In this document: positions 40,578 to 50,560 of the stretch, piece after piece
Layout: each line of letters opens with the position of its first letter
How positions within the stretch are numbered: the stretch's first letter is position 1
DNA from: Gammaproteobacteria bacterium
Lineage (GTDB): Bacteria > Pseudomonadota > Gammaproteobacteria > Eutrophobiales > Eutrophobiaceae
Direction: 5' to 3'
DNA: 64,000 nucleotides
Assembly (NCBI GenBank): GCA_965221695.1
Contig: OZ244905.1
Location: 1,984,001-2,048,000, forward strand
Made by a program: the position numbers and the translations under genes
The notes under the pieces: model-generated
The model's database searches: none
The model's input: the letters and a program-made list of their open reading frames with translations, nothing else
What the model was told of the DNA's origin: nothing

Positions 40578-41354
40578 TCACTCCATGAATGCAAAAATCC
40601 TGGCCTGGGCCTGCGAGGCATCTCTTACCGGCAGCACGCCAATGACTGCAACAGCGCCCACGGCAGGGAGCGCGTTCAGGTTATTCATATTTTCGACCTG
40701 GAACTTGCCGGCCCCCAGGATGAGCTTGTGCACAGGGAAGCTCAGCGCCTTGCCTGGGTCCAGGCTCAAGGTATCGATGCCGATGCCGGCAACATCCCGC
40801 TCCACCAGCAATTGCGCGGCGGCGACGGAAAACCCGGGGAAACGCAACACACCTGCGTCATCCTGGTTGACATACGTCTTGGGTGCAGCAAACTTCTTGT
40901 GCCAACCGGTGTTCATCACTACCAGGCTGCCGGCTCGGACCTGACCGTTAAGTTCCTCCCAGGACAGCACATCCTCTACCGATAATTCGTAGTCGGGGTC
41001 TTGTGCCGCCTGTTCCCGGGTGTCGATCACCAAAACTGGGACGATTAGATCATTTATGCCAAGTTCGTTAACGGCCCGTCGGCCCTGAACGAAGTGCGCC
41101 GGCGCATCGACGTGGGTACCGATGTTTTCCCAAAGAGTAAACCGGTGCATGCGGTAACCTTTGTCATAATCGGCCAGGCGTTCCTTCACGAACGGCGCTG
41201 TGCCCGGCCAGAACGGCATATCGCGGTGAAGCTCATGGGTCAGGTCTATGACATGCCGCGCGAAAAACGGCTGCGCCAGCTCGCTCGGAAATGTAGGAGC
41301 GCTCAAGCACAAGCACAGTAACAACGCGCAGTATTGTAGAGGTTTGTTTTTCAT
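40578..41354 (-). CDS. Exported cyclase-family (kynurenine formamidase-like) metallohydrolase
   Basis: Signal peptide, VIDLTH, GTHVDAPAHF, TGW, PGFS, GIDTLSLD, VEN. Confidence 0.88.
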   Translation of the reverse strand: MKNKPLQYCALLLCLCLSAPTFPSELAQPFFARHVIDLTHELHRDMPFWPGTAPFVKERLADYDKGYRMHRFTLWENIGTHVDAPAHFVQGRRAVNELGINDLIVPVLVIDTREQAAQDPDYELSVEDVLSWEELNGQVRAGSLVVMNTGWHKKFAAPKTYVNQDDAGVLRFPGFSVAAAQLLVERDVAGIGIDTLSLDPGKALSFPVHKLILGAGKFQVENMNNLNALPAVGAVAVIGVLPVRDASQAQARIFAFME

Positions 41355-41446
41355 AATCCCACCCGCGTCGGCTAATTATGTGGTTCCGGTTTCAGCGTTT
41401 CCATACTATGATGCAAGCTCTGACTAACTCGGTTCTTTATTCAGGC

Positions 41447-42088
41447 ATGCATCATACATCGTTACGCGAGGCCATCATAGCCGCGGTCCGCTCCCTGCGG
41501 CAGCGCCAACTGGGCACGGGCACAGCCGGCAACGCCAGCGCGCGGATACAGCAAGGCTACCTGATCACGCCTACCGGAATGGATTACGACGCGCTGAATC
41601 CTACGGATATCGTCACCATGGACTTGCGCGGCCAGCGCGCCGAGGGCGACCTGAAACCATCGAGTGAATGGCGTTTTCACCAGGACATCTATATTGCGCG
41701 CAAGGATATACACGCCATTGTGCACACCCATTCTCCCTGCGCCACCGCATTGTCCTGCACCCGCCAGGACTTGCCGGCGTTCCACTACATGGTCGCCGGG
41801 GCTGGCGGCGCCTCCATCCGCTGCGCCGAGTATGCCACCTACGGCACCCAGGCGTTGTCAGACCAGGCGCTGGTTGCGCTGGCCGGGCGCCAGGCCTGCC
41901 TGCTGGCCAATCACGGGGTAATTGCGCTGGGCAACAATGTGGAGACGGCGCTCAACATGGCGCAACTCGTGGAGGAACTGGCCAAGCAATACCTGCTCAG
42001 CCGTATGGCCGGGACTCCCGTGCTGCTGGACGATGGCGAGATGGAGGTCAACCTGGAAAAATTCAAGGATTATGGCAAGCAGGACTGA
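41447..42088 (+). CDS. Class II aldolase/adducin family (FucA/Ald2-like)
   Basis: GTAGNAS, ITPTG, PSSEWRFH, VHTHS, NHG. Confidence 0.88.
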   Translation: MHHTSLREAIIAAVRSLRQRQLGTGTAGNASARIQQGYLITPTGMDYDALNPTDIVTMDLRGQRAEGDLKPSSEWRFHQDIYIARKDIHAIVHTHSPCATALSCTRQDLPAFHYMVAGAGGASIRCAEYATYGTQALSDQALVALAGRQACLLANHGVIALGNNVETALNMAQLVEELAKQYLLSRMAGTPVLLDDGEMEVNLEKFKDYGKQD

Positions 42089-42121
42089 ACTCCATCGGCA
42101 GGTCACCGGTTGTTAATGGGG

Positions 42122-42871
42122 ATGGAAATCTGGCAATACATCGTTCTATTACTCGTTGGCATTGCGGTCGGTTTTGTCAACGTGATGGCCGGCGGAGGCT
42201 CGCTGTTAAGCATCCCGGTCATGCTGTTCATGGGCGTGCCGGCGCCGGTGGCCAACGGCACCAACCGGATTGCGATACTCGCGCAGATGGCGACCGCAGT
42301 CATTGCATTCTTCAGGAAAGGCTATTCCGATTTCAAACTCAGCCTGACCCTGGCCCTGGCCACGGTGCCCGGCGCGCTGGCCGGCGCGCTGGTTGCCGTT
42401 CGCCTTGAAGGCGCTTGGTTCAACCGGATCCTCGCAGTCATCATGCTGGTGGTAATGCTGTTCATGGCAACACAAAAGCACGGTCAGGCTTATACCCGAT
42501 CGCCACTGCACAAGCCGCGGCTGATACTCGCGCATGTTTTGATGGCTATCCTGGGAATCTACGGCGGTTTCATACAGGTCGGGGCAGGTTTTCTGTTCTT
42601 GCCGATCCTGTACAAGACCCTGGGTATGGACCTGGTGCGGGTGAATATGCACAAGTCGTTCATCATCACCGTGTACACCACCGTTGCGCTGATCGTGTTT
42701 GCCTGGCAATCAGAACTGTTCTGGGTCCTGGGCCTTACCCTGGCCGCTGGCACCTCCATCGGGGCCTGGCTCAGCGCACATGTACAAGTCACGCATGGCG
42801 AGAGAGTCATCAGGCTGGCGCTGAATACCGTGCTGGTTCTTTTCATCGTCAAGCTGCTATTCTTTGATTAA
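42122..42871 (+). CDS. TauE/SafE (TSUP) family membrane transporter
   Basis: AGGGSL, ANGTNR, GIYGGFIQVGAG, multiple TMs. Confidence 0.88.
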   Translation: MEIWQYIVLLLVGIAVGFVNVMAGGGSLLSIPVMLFMGVPAPVANGTNRIAILAQMATAVIAFFRKGYSDFKLSLTLALATVPGALAGALVAVRLEGAWFNRILAVIMLVVMLFMATQKHGQAYTRSPLHKPRLILAHVLMAILGIYGGFIQVGAGFLFLPILYKTLGMDLVRVNMHKSFIITVYTTVALIVFAWQSELFWVLGLTLAAGTSIGAWLSAHVQVTHGERVIRLALNTVLVLFIVKLLFFD

Positions 42872-42915
42872 GGGAAGCTCTGTAATGTTCGGGTATTGCT
42901 CACATTGGATTCAAA

Positions 42916-43308
42916 ATGCAAAGTAAACCGGAAGATCTGAAATGCTGGAAATGCGGCGCCGGCCTGAACTACCTGCTGATGCCACTGTCAAGAAGCGCCC
43001 ACTGCAAGCAATGCGAGGCGGCGTTGCACGTATGCAGGATGTGCCGCTTTTATGACCCGCGGGTGGCAAAACAGTGCCGCGAGCCGGTCGCCGATGCCGT
43101 CAAGGACAAAGACAGGCCGAATTTCTGTGGTTACCTCGAGTTAAATCCCGATGCGTGGGAACCCGCCGATCATTCGGCATCCGATACGGCCGCCGCGGAC
43201 CTGAATGACTTGTTCGGCCTGGATGCAGAGACCGGAGCAAGCAGCACGGCCGCTTCAGAGGAACAGGCCAGAGAGGAACTGGACGACTTGTTCGATTTGA
43301 ATAAATGA
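42916..43308 (+). CDS. Hypothetical eight-cysteine protein
   Basis: Three CxxC plus two further Cys, acidic tail; co-oriented with the operon. Confidence 0.75.
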   Translation: MQSKPEDLKCWKCGAGLNYLLMPLSRSAHCKQCEAALHVCRMCRFYDPRVAKQCREPVADAVKDKDRPNFCGYLELNPDAWEPADHSASDTAAADLNDLFGLDAETGASSTAASEEQAREELDDLFDLNK

Positions 43309-43318
43309 CGCATCCGAA

Positions 43319-43482
43319 CCTTCGAGATCAGGACGCTGCTTATCTCCCATTACATGTAACTGTAAGCGCTAGCCAGGGTATTCCACCGTCCCACTCCCGC
43401 GGAAGCGGGAGTCCAGTCTGATACTGTGTCGCCCGAAGGGCGACGCTTTGTTTCACTGGATTCCCGTTTGCACGGGAATGGG
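43319..43482 (+). repeat. Family C repeat, right copy with complete TCCCG..CGGGA double-palindrome core
   Basis: CACTCCCGCGGAAGCGGGAGTCCAG..GTCGCCC-GAA-GGGCGAC..CTGGATTCCCGTTTGCACGGGAATG. Confidence 0.82.
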
Positions 43483-43522
43483 AGGGGGGCAAGCTGAAAT
43501 GAGGGAGTCCAGTCAAATAGTG

Positions 43523-44317
43523 TTAACCCACCAGGGCGCGCAATTCGGCGCCGGGGTCGTCCGCTCTGAGTAACGCTTCACCAACCAGGAAGGCATGCAC
43601 GTCACGACTGCGCATAAGCTCGATATCTGCGCGGTTTTGTATGCCGCTCTCCGTCACCACGGTCCGGTCCGGGAACATGTCCGGCAACAGGTCCAGGGTC
43701 GTCTGCAGTGACGTTTCAAAGGTATGCAGGTTGCGGTTGTTGATCCCTATAAGGGGGGTGCGCAGCAGCAGCGCGCGCTCCAGTTCTTCGCGGCTGTGTA
43801 CCTCCACCAGCACATCAAGGCCGATATCCTCCGCGGTTGTTGCAAGCTCCTGCATGCGCGCATCATCCAGGGCTGCCACGATCAGCAAGATGCAGTCCGC
43901 GCCGATGGCTCTTGCCTCGTATACCTGGTACGGATCGATGATGAAGTCCTTGCGTAATACCGGCAGGCCGGTCGCAGCCCTGGCCTGTTGCAGGTGCCGA
44001 TCCGAACCCTGGAAATATTTTTCATCGGTCAGTACAGAGAGGCATGCGGCGCCGGCTTTGGTATAGGTTCGGGCAAGTTCGACCGGGTCGAAATCCGCGC
44101 GAATGACGCCCTTACTGGGCGAAGCCTTCTTAATCTCGGCAATCAGCGCCGGGTTACCGCTATCGATTGTGCGCCGCACAGCGTGATAAAACCCGCGGCA
44201 AGGAGCAGCCTTCTCGGCTTGTTGCATTACCTGCGCCTGGGGCACAGACGCTTTTCTTGCAGCCACCCAAGCGCGCTTGTATTCCACTATGGCCGCCAGC
44301 ACGTCAGTCGAATTCAA
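43523..44317 (-). CDS. trpC: Indole-3-glycerol phosphate synthase
   Basis: [28 protein letters not shown]; TTG start. Confidence 0.96.
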   Translation of the reverse strand: MNSTDVLAAIVEYKRAWVAARKASVPQAQVMQQAEKAAPCRGFYHAVRRTIDSGNPALIAEIKKASPSKGVIRADFDPVELARTYTKAGAACLSVLTDEKYFQGSDRHLQQARAATGLPVLRKDFIIDPYQVYEARAIGADCILLIVAALDDARMQELATTAEDIGLDVLVEVHSREELERALLLRTPLIGINNRNLHTFETSLQTTLDLLPDMFPDRTVVTESGIQNRADIELMRSRDVHAFLVGEALLRADDPGAELRALVG

Positions 44318-44333
44318 TCTGAATACCCTGTTG

Positions 44334-45359
44334 TCAGTTGGCCAGCCGGGCCGTCAGCGACGCAAGCTCATGTAATTTTTTTAATGCCTCTCCCGACGCG
44401 ATGGCCTGCCTGGCGAGTTCGACTCCCTGTTCCATGTCCGGCGTCAGGCCGGCCACGTAGATCGCCGCGCCGGCGTTCAGCAATACGACATCCCGGGCCG
44501 GCCCCGGGTGGTCCTCCAACGCCGATAACATCATATCGCGACTTTGTTCGGCGCTGCTTACGACCAGGTCGGACAGGACCCCGGGGGTTATCCCGAATTG
44601 TTGCGGCGTTACCTGGTATTTTGCAATATTTCCATCCTTGAGTTCGACCACATCGGTAGCGGACGCGTTGCTGATCTCATCAAGCCCGTCCAGGGAATGC
44701 GTCACCATGCAGCGCTCACTGCCGAGCCGTTGCAGTACCTGGGCAAATACATCAAGCATGTCCGCCCGGTACACGCCAATCAACTGGCGCTTGACATAAG
44801 CCGGGTTGGTCAATGGCCCCAGTAGATTGAATATGCTGCGGACCGCCAGCTCCCGGCGCGGCCCGGATGCGTACCGGGTTGCCGGGTGGTGCGCTGGGGC
44901 GAACATGTAGCCCACGCCGACCCGGTTGATGCATTCTGCGACCTGTTCCGGTGTCAGCGCCAGCTTGATGCCAGCCTGTTCCAGCACATCGGCGCTGCCG
45001 GAAATGCCGGAAATCGAGCGGTTGTTGTGTTTTGCCACCTTCCCTCCGGCAGCGGCGATCACGAACGAAGCGGTGGTGGAAATATTGAAGGTGCGCACGC
45101 CGTCTCCACCGGTGCCGACGATGTCCACCAGGTGCGGATGGTCGATGTACACCCGGACGGCAAATTCCCGCATCACGTCGGCCGCGGCGCTGATTTCCTC
45201 AACACTCTCGCCTTTCATCCTCAACGCAATCAGAAAGCCGCCGATCTGCACGTCGCTCAGCTTTCCTGACATCAGCTCTCGCATCACCGACCGCATAGCG
45301 TCATCGGACAGGTCGCTGCCATTGATAATTTCATTCAGTGCGGCCTGGAAATCCATCAA
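44334..45359 (-). CDS. trpD: Anthranilate phosphoribosyltransferase
   Basis: [36 protein letters not shown]. Confidence 0.96.
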   Translation of the reverse strand: MMDFQAALNEIINGSDLSDDAMRSVMRELMSGKLSDVQIGGFLIALRMKGESVEEISAAADVMREFAVRVYIDHPHLVDIVGTGGDGVRTFNISTTASFVIAAAGGKVAKHNNRSISGISGSADVLEQAGIKLALTPEQVAECINRVGVGYMFAPAHHPATRYASGPRRELAVRSIFNLLGPLTNPAYVKRQLIGVYRADMLDVFAQVLQRLGSERCMVTHSLDGLDEISNASATDVVELKDGNIAKYQVTPQQFGITPGVLSDLVVSSAEQSRDMMLSALEDHPGPARDVVLLNAGAAIYVAGLTPDMEQGVELARQAIASGEALKKLHELASLTARLAN

Positions 45360-45943
45360 TGCAAGTCCATCCGGAGAAAGTTTCTCAGCAGGTCATGGCC
45401 GAATGTCGTCAAAATCGACTCGGGATGGAACTGTACGCCGTAAACCGGAAAATCCTTATGCCTTACTCCCATGATCTCATCAATGTCCTCATTTTCCGTC
45501 GTCGTCCAAGCGGTAATTTCCAGGCAGTCGGGCAGTGAATCCTGTTCGATCACCAGGGAGTGGTAACGGGTCGCGACAAACGGGCTTTCAAGTCCGCTGA
45601 ATACGTCCGAACTCCGGTGATGAATATCTGACGTCTTGCCGTGCATGATACGGTTGGCGTGGACGATACGACCTCCCAACGCCTGGCCTATGCTCTGGTG
45701 CCCCAGACATACTCCCAGGATGGGAAGCTTGTGCATGAACTCATTAATCACCGCTACCGATATGCCAGCTTCGCTGGGGGTGCAAGGCCCGGGCGAAATC
45801 ACGATATATTCAGGTTCGAGTTCGTGGATCTGTTGCAGGGTAATCTGGTCATTACGGTAGACGCTTACTTCCTGGTCCAGTTCGCCGAAGTACTGGACCA
45901 GGTTATAGGTAAAGGAGTCGTAATTATCGATCATCAACAACAT
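45356..45943 (-). CDS. trpG: Anthranilate synthase component II (glutamine amidotransferase)
   Basis: [28 protein letters not shown]. Confidence 0.93.
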   Translation of the reverse strand: MLLMIDNYDSFTYNLVQYFGELDQEVSVYRNDQITLQQIHELEPEYIVISPGPCTPSEAGISVAVINEFMHKLPILGVCLGHQSIGQALGGRIVHANRIMHGKTSDIHHRSSDVFSGLESPFVATRYHSLVIEQDSLPDCLEITAWTTTENEDIDEIMGVRHKDFPVYGVQFHPESILTTFGHDLLRNFLRMDLH

Positions 45944-45949
45944 CGGTTC

Positions 45950-46621
45950 TCACCCCGCACGAGCCAGTTCCGATCTCATCGCGGCAATCACTTCCGTATA
46001 ATCCTCACTGCCGAAGACCGCCGAACCGGCGACAAACGTATCCGCGCCGGCGCCGGCGATTTGCGCGATATTGTCCACCTTCACGCCGCCGTCGATCTCA
46101 AGCCGGATATCCTTGCCGGTCGCGTCGATGATGCCCCTGGCGGCGCGCAACTTGTCCAGCGCCGCGGGAATGAAGCTCTGACCGCCGAAGCCGGGGTTGA
46201 CGGACATGATCAATATCATGTCGATCCTGTCGATGACGTAGCGTGCGTGATCCAGCGGCGTAGCCGGATTGAACACCAAACCGGCGCGGCAGCCATGGTC
46301 TCTAATCAGTTGCAGGGTACGGTCCACATGGCGGCTCGCCTCGGGGTGGAAAGTGATGATGTCAGCCCCGGCCGCGGCAAACTCAGGGATGATCCGGTCC
46401 ACCGGTTCGATCATCAGGTGCACATCCATGGGCGCAGTCACGCCGAAATCCCGCAGCGCGCGCACGACCACCGGACCGAATGTAAGGTTCGGCACGTAGT
46501 GGTTATCCATCACATCCACATGGATGTAATCGGCGCCGGCCGCTAGGACCGCCTCCACTTCCTGGCCCAGGCGGGCCATGTCAGCGGAGAGAATGGAGGG
46601 AGCTATCAGGTAATCGGACAT
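45950..46621 (-). CDS. rpe: Ribulose-phosphate 3-epimerase
   Basis: [28 protein letters not shown]. Confidence 0.97.
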   Translation of the reverse strand: MSDYLIAPSILSADMARLGQEVEAVLAAGADYIHVDVMDNHYVPNLTFGPVVVRALRDFGVTAPMDVHLMIEPVDRIIPEFAAAGADIITFHPEASRHVDRTLQLIRDHGCRAGLVFNPATPLDHARYVIDRIDMILIMSVNPGFGGQSFIPAALDKLRAARGIIDATGKDIRLEIDGGVKVDNIAQIAGAGADTFVAGSAVFGSEDYTEVIAAMRSELARAG

Positions 46622-46706
46622 AGGCGGAGATTATATAGGACTTGCAGGAACTTCTCATTATGAGCGTTTGCCCATTCCGGTGAGGAGACGGTTGGTACGA
46701 GCGCGG

Positions 46707-47798
46707 TCAAACATTAAATCTGAACAGTATCACGTCGCCATCCCGGACTATGTAGTCCTTACCTTCCAGGCGCCATTTGCCGGCATTTTTTGCGCCTTGC
46801 TCGCCCTGGTGCGCAATGAAATCGTCATAGGCGATCACTTCGGCGCGGATAAAACCCTTTTCGAAGTCGGTGTGGATGACACCGGCGGCTGCGGCGGCGC
46901 CAGTTCCCTTTTTTATCGTCCATGCCCGGACTTCGCGGGATGTAGTGGAAAAAAAGGTATGCAGCCCCAGTATGTCATAACCGGCGCGGATTAACCGGTT
47001 CAAGCCGGGTTCAGATAATCCCAGATCACTCAGAAATTCAATTTTGCCCGCCTCGTCAAGCTCGCTGATCTCCGTCTCTATGGCGGCAGAAATCACGATC
47101 AGCCCGGCACCGTCATCATCGGCGCGGCGCGCCAGGCGCGCCAACCATATATTGTCGGTAATCCCGGTTTCTTCCACGTTGGCGATGTACAGCGCCGGTT
47201 TTGCCGTCAGCAGGCCCAACTCCTTAGCCAAGTCCCATTCGGCGCTGTCAGCCGGCAGCGCCCTGGCCGGCGCGCCCGTATTGATATGGGCGCTGACATT
47301 GGCGATGGTCCCGACGCGTGACGCGGCCTGCCGGTCGCCGGTTTTCGCAGCTTTTTCCGCCTTGTCATAGGCTCGTTGCAGACTTTCCAGGTCGGCCAGG
47401 CACAGTTCCGTGTGGATGATATCCAGATCCGCAAGCGGGTCTATCCGGCCGCAGACATGGGTGATATTGTCATCCTCAAAGCAGCGCAATACCAGCGCCA
47501 TCGCATGGGTCTCACGGATGTGCCCGAGGAACTTGTTGCCAAGTCCTTCTCCTTTTGACGCGCCGGCTACCAGGCCGGCGATATCGACAAACTCCATCTG
47601 GGCAGGTACCACACGCTCAGGCTTCACTAAACCGGCAATGGCCGATAAACGGCGGTCAGGTGTCGGAACCATGCCGACATTGGGTTCAATAGTGCAAAAC
47701 GGGTAGTTCTCGGCGTCAGCGCCGGCGCGGGTCAACGCATTGAACAACGTGGACTTGCCGACATTGGGCAATCCGATAATCCCGCATTTAAAGCTCAT
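46707..47798 (-). CDS. ychF: Redox-regulated ATPase YchF
   Basis: GLPNVGKST, NYPFCTIEPN, DIAGLV, GFIRAE. Confidence 0.97.
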   Translation of the reverse strand: MSFKCGIIGLPNVGKSTLFNALTRAGADAENYPFCTIEPNVGMVPTPDRRLSAIAGLVKPERVVPAQMEFVDIAGLVAGASKGEGLGNKFLGHIRETHAMALVLRCFEDDNITHVCGRIDPLADLDIIHTELCLADLESLQRAYDKAEKAAKTGDRQAASRVGTIANVSAHINTGAPARALPADSAEWDLAKELGLLTAKPALYIANVEETGITDNIWLARLARRADDDGAGLIVISAAIETEISELDEAGKIEFLSDLGLSEPGLNRLIRAGYDILGLHTFFSTTSREVRAWTIKKGTGAAAAAGVIHTDFEKGFIRAEVIAYDDFIAHQGEQGAKNAGKWRLEGKDYIVRDGDVILFRFNV

Positions 47799-47801
47799 TA
47801 G

Positions 47802-48112
47802 CCCGAATATCTCACCAATTGATGCGATGATCGCTGAGGATTTTTTGTGTTAGCGGGTGCTCGTGACCGAAAGCATAGTGGTTCTTCTGGTTGAGGGACA
47901 AATCGTCAGGATAGACGATTTGCACGGCGAAGGCCGCCCGCAGGGTTGCGCACAGGGATGTGTGCAATGAACATGTGCCCGCTAACGCAAAAAAGACCAG
48001 CGAGGGCGCATCAAGCGCTGTGTGTAAAGGCAACATACTCGACAGATTACCATAACTCATTGACAGCAAACATCTATCCGATGCTGACAAGCGAATTGGT
48101 GAGATATTCGGG
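47802..48112 (+). mobile_element. Family B MITE, copy 2 (311 bp, with nested insertion)
   Basis: Same TIRs and TTAG duplication as copy 1, inserted at the pth/ychF junction. Confidence 0.92.
47899..47970 (+). mobile_element. 72-bp multi-hairpin element nested in MITE copy 2
   Basis: Absent from copies 1 and 3; hairpins CAAATCGTC/GACGATTTG, CGGC/GCCG, CCC/GGG and a TTGCGCACA..TGTGTGCAA stem. Confidence 0.8.
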
Positions 48113-48706
48113 TTAGCCCGAAGGTTGAGTGTGCAAACGGGTCATGGCCTTGTCCTGCTCGCCGGCAAACAACAGCGGCAAAGCCTCTAGGCCTTTTTGG
48201 ATTGCATCGCTGATCAAGGCCGTATCATCGCGGTCTGGCCTGCCCAAAACATGCGCGAGCACCTTGCTTTTGTCACCCGGATGGCTGATGCCTATCCTCA
48301 ATCTCAAGTAGTCGCTGTCGCCAAGTTTTTCGCTGATATCCCGCAAACCCTTGTGGCCGCCATGGCCACCGCCTCGTTTCAGGCGAATCACCCCGGCGTC
48401 CAGATCGATCTCATCGTGAACAACCAGGATCTGTGCGGTCTCTATACGGTAATAATCGGCGACCGCCCTGAGCGCGCGCCCGCTGCTGTTCATGAATGTC
48501 GTAGGCTTGAACAGCAGGCAGCGCATATCCGTTGCGCTGATCCGAGCAAGTTCACCGAAAAACTTTTTATCCGCCGCAAACTGAGTCTTGTTCGCTTGCG
48601 CAAGCCTGTCGACAAACCAGAAACCGGCATTGTGACGAGTTGCCGAATAATCCTCACCTGGATTGCCGAGGCCCGTGATAAGTTTGAGTCCGGTTGGCTG
48701 ATTCAC
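48113..48706 (-). CDS. pth: Peptidyl-tRNA hydrolase
   Basis: GLGNPG..TRHNAG, KPTTFMN, HDEID, RLRIGI. Confidence 0.96.
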   Translation of the reverse strand: MNQPTGLKLITGLGNPGEDYSATRHNAGFWFVDRLAQANKTQFAADKKFFGELARISATDMRCLLFKPTTFMNSSGRALRAVADYYRIETAQILVVHDEIDLDAGVIRLKRGGGHGGHKGLRDISEKLGDSDYLRLRIGISHPGDKSKVLAHVLGRPDRDDTALISDAIQKGLEALPLLFAGEQDKAMTRLHTQPSG

Positions 48707-48739
48707 CCGGCAAGGAGACGATCACATTGGACGTGAAGG

Positions 48740-48764
48740 AAAAAAACGCGGCATAAATGCCCGT
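48740..48764 (-). terminator. Possible intrinsic terminator after rplY
   Basis: Minus strand ACGGGCATTTATGCCGCG followed by T7; short stem. Confidence 0.45.
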
Positions 48765-48771
48765 CGCTTCC

Positions 48772-49443
48772 TTATTCGTCCTCTCCCTCTGGCTCGGCGT
48801 CCGGCGCTCCCTCCGCCTCGATGTCTTGCAGCGCTTCTTCCGCCTCCTCCTCTTCTTCTACCATTCCCTTCGGCAAACTCACAGTCGCAACCGATGCCGA
48901 CGCATCACCACCGGACAGCAACGCATAAATTTCCACCCCTTCGGGCAGCACAATATCGCTGAGATGCACGGATTCGCCTAACTGTACGTTCGCCATGTCC
49001 ACTTCGATGTATTCCGGCAAGTCCCCAGGCAGGCAGATGATTTCCAGCTCAGTCATGATACGGCTTATGATCCCGCCGCCGCTTTTTACGCCCACGCACT
49101 GCTGTTCATTAATAAAATGAAGCGGCGCCCGCATGGTGATCTTCTGTTTCTCGTCAATTCGCAGAAAATCGATATGCAGAATATCGGGTTTATATGGATG
49201 TCTTTGTAAATCTTTTACTACTACTTGTTCGCTCAGCGCGTCCACATTAAGCGTCAGAACGCTTGAGTAAAATGCCTCGCGGTCGAGCTGGTGCAACACT
49301 TCATCATGCGCCAGCGAGATGGACTGTGGTTCTTTCCCGGCGCCGTAAACGGTGCCCGGGGTTCTACCCGAACGGCGCAGACGGCGGCTTGCGACCTTTC
49401 CCAGCTCGGTTCGGGTCTTTGCATTTAATTCATAAGCTTGCAT
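48772..49443 (-). CDS. rplY: 50S ribosomal protein L25/Ctc
   Basis: SRRLRR, PGTVYG, QRHPYK..HIDF, acidic tail. Confidence 0.95.
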   Translation of the reverse strand: MQAYELNAKTRTELGKVASRRLRRSGRTPGTVYGAGKEPQSISLAHDEVLHQLDREAFYSSVLTLNVDALSEQVVVKDLQRHPYKPDILHIDFLRIDEKQKITMRAPLHFINEQQCVGVKSGGGIISRIMTELEIICLPGDLPEYIEVDMANVQLGESVHLSDIVLPEGVEIYALLSGGDASASVATVSLPKGMVEEEEEAEEALQDIEAEGAPDAEPEGEDE

Positions 49444-49453
49444 TTTATAACTC

Positions 49454-50407
49454 TCAATCAATAAACATTGAACTCAACGATTCCCCTTCGAAAATCCGGC
49501 GAATACTTTCCGCCAGCATTGTCCCAACACTTAGCTGGCGGATTTTACCACAATCGGCGGCCGCGTCGCGCAACGGGATGGTGTCTGTTACCACCAGCTC
49601 ATCCAATTGTGACGTGGTAATATTGTCCAGAGCCCTGCCCGACAACACCGGGTGGGTACAGTAGGCCACCACCCGCTCGGCGCCGAAATCCTTCAAGGCA
49701 TTCGACGCGTTGCACAGTGTTCCGGCTGTATCCACCATGTCATCCACAATAATACAGGTGCGTCCCTTAACGTCGCCGATGATATTCATAATCTCTGACT
49801 CGTTCGCTTTCGGTCTGCGTTTGTCGATAATGGCCAGATCCGTATCGTCCAGTTGCTTGGCGATGGCGCGGGCTCTGACAACGCCCCCAACATCGGGCGA
49901 CACCACAATTTGCCCTTCGTACTTGTGCCGCCATATATCACCCAGCAACACCGGCGACGCATACACATTGTCCAGCGGCATATGGAAAAATCCCTGAATC
50001 TGATCGGCATGGAGGTCTACCGTCAGGACCCTGGATATTCCCATGATGCCAATCATATCCGCCACGACCTTAGCTGAGATAGGCACCCTGGCCGACCTCG
50101 ACCTGCGGTCCTGGCGAGCATAACCCATGTAGGGAATCACTGCTGTTACCCGCTCAGCCGAGGCTCTTCTTAACGCATCCGCAATAACCAGCAATTCCAT
50201 CAGGTTGTCATTGGCCGGCGCGCACAAAGATTGTAGTATGAAGACATTGCGACCACGCACATTTTCGGCAATCTCAACCATGATCTCGCCGTCGCTGAAG
50301 CGGCCCACGTTAATCTTGCCGAGAGGCATGTTCAGGTTGCGCGCAATATCCGCCGCCAGGGCCGGATTGGCGTTACCGGAAAACAGCATCACATCATCTA
50401 ATGACAT
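49454..50407 (-). CDS. prs: Ribose-phosphate pyrophosphokinase
   Basis: [30 protein letters not shown]. Confidence 0.97.
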   Translation of the reverse strand: MSLDDVMLFSGNANPALAADIARNLNMPLGKINVGRFSDGEIMVEIAENVRGRNVFILQSLCAPANDNLMELLVIADALRRASAERVTAVIPYMGYARQDRRSRSARVPISAKVVADMIGIMGISRVLTVDLHADQIQGFFHMPLDNVYASPVLLGDIWRHKYEGQIVVSPDVGGVVRARAIAKQLDDTDLAIIDKRRPKANESEIMNIIGDVKGRTCIIVDDMVDTAGTLCNASNALKDFGAERVVAYCTHPVLSGRALDNITTSQLDELVVTDTIPLRDAAADCGKIRQLSVGTMLAESIRRIFEGESLSSMFID

Positions 50408-50409
50408 AG

Positions 50410-50560
50410 GGAACCTCTGATTAAGTCAGAGGCTCCTACGATACAAGGATGTATCGTCAAAATCAATGACTGTAAGGCATTGATTTTGTGAGGAAAACAA
50501 AAATCGCATTTTTGTTTTCCGTACTCTGACAAGTCCACCCTGGACTTGTTCAGAGTTTCC
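50410..50560. mobile_element. Family A full-length 151-bp five-hairpin MITE
   Basis: 18-bp imperfect TIRs GGAACCTCTGATTAAGTC / GACTTGTTCAGAGTTTCC, flanks ATAG/ATAA, tandem hairpins. Confidence 0.85.

Noticed and set aside
40414-43482. Family C repeats as integron attC sites
   Set aside because: No RYYYAAC/GTTRRRY boxes, no integrase, and the genes are divergent rather than arrayed
12667-46546. Long antisense ORFs (e.g. 12667-13572, 20267-21061, 27504-28316, 45641-46546)
   Set aside because: Shadow frames of well-supported genes in GC-rich DNA, with no recognisable motifs
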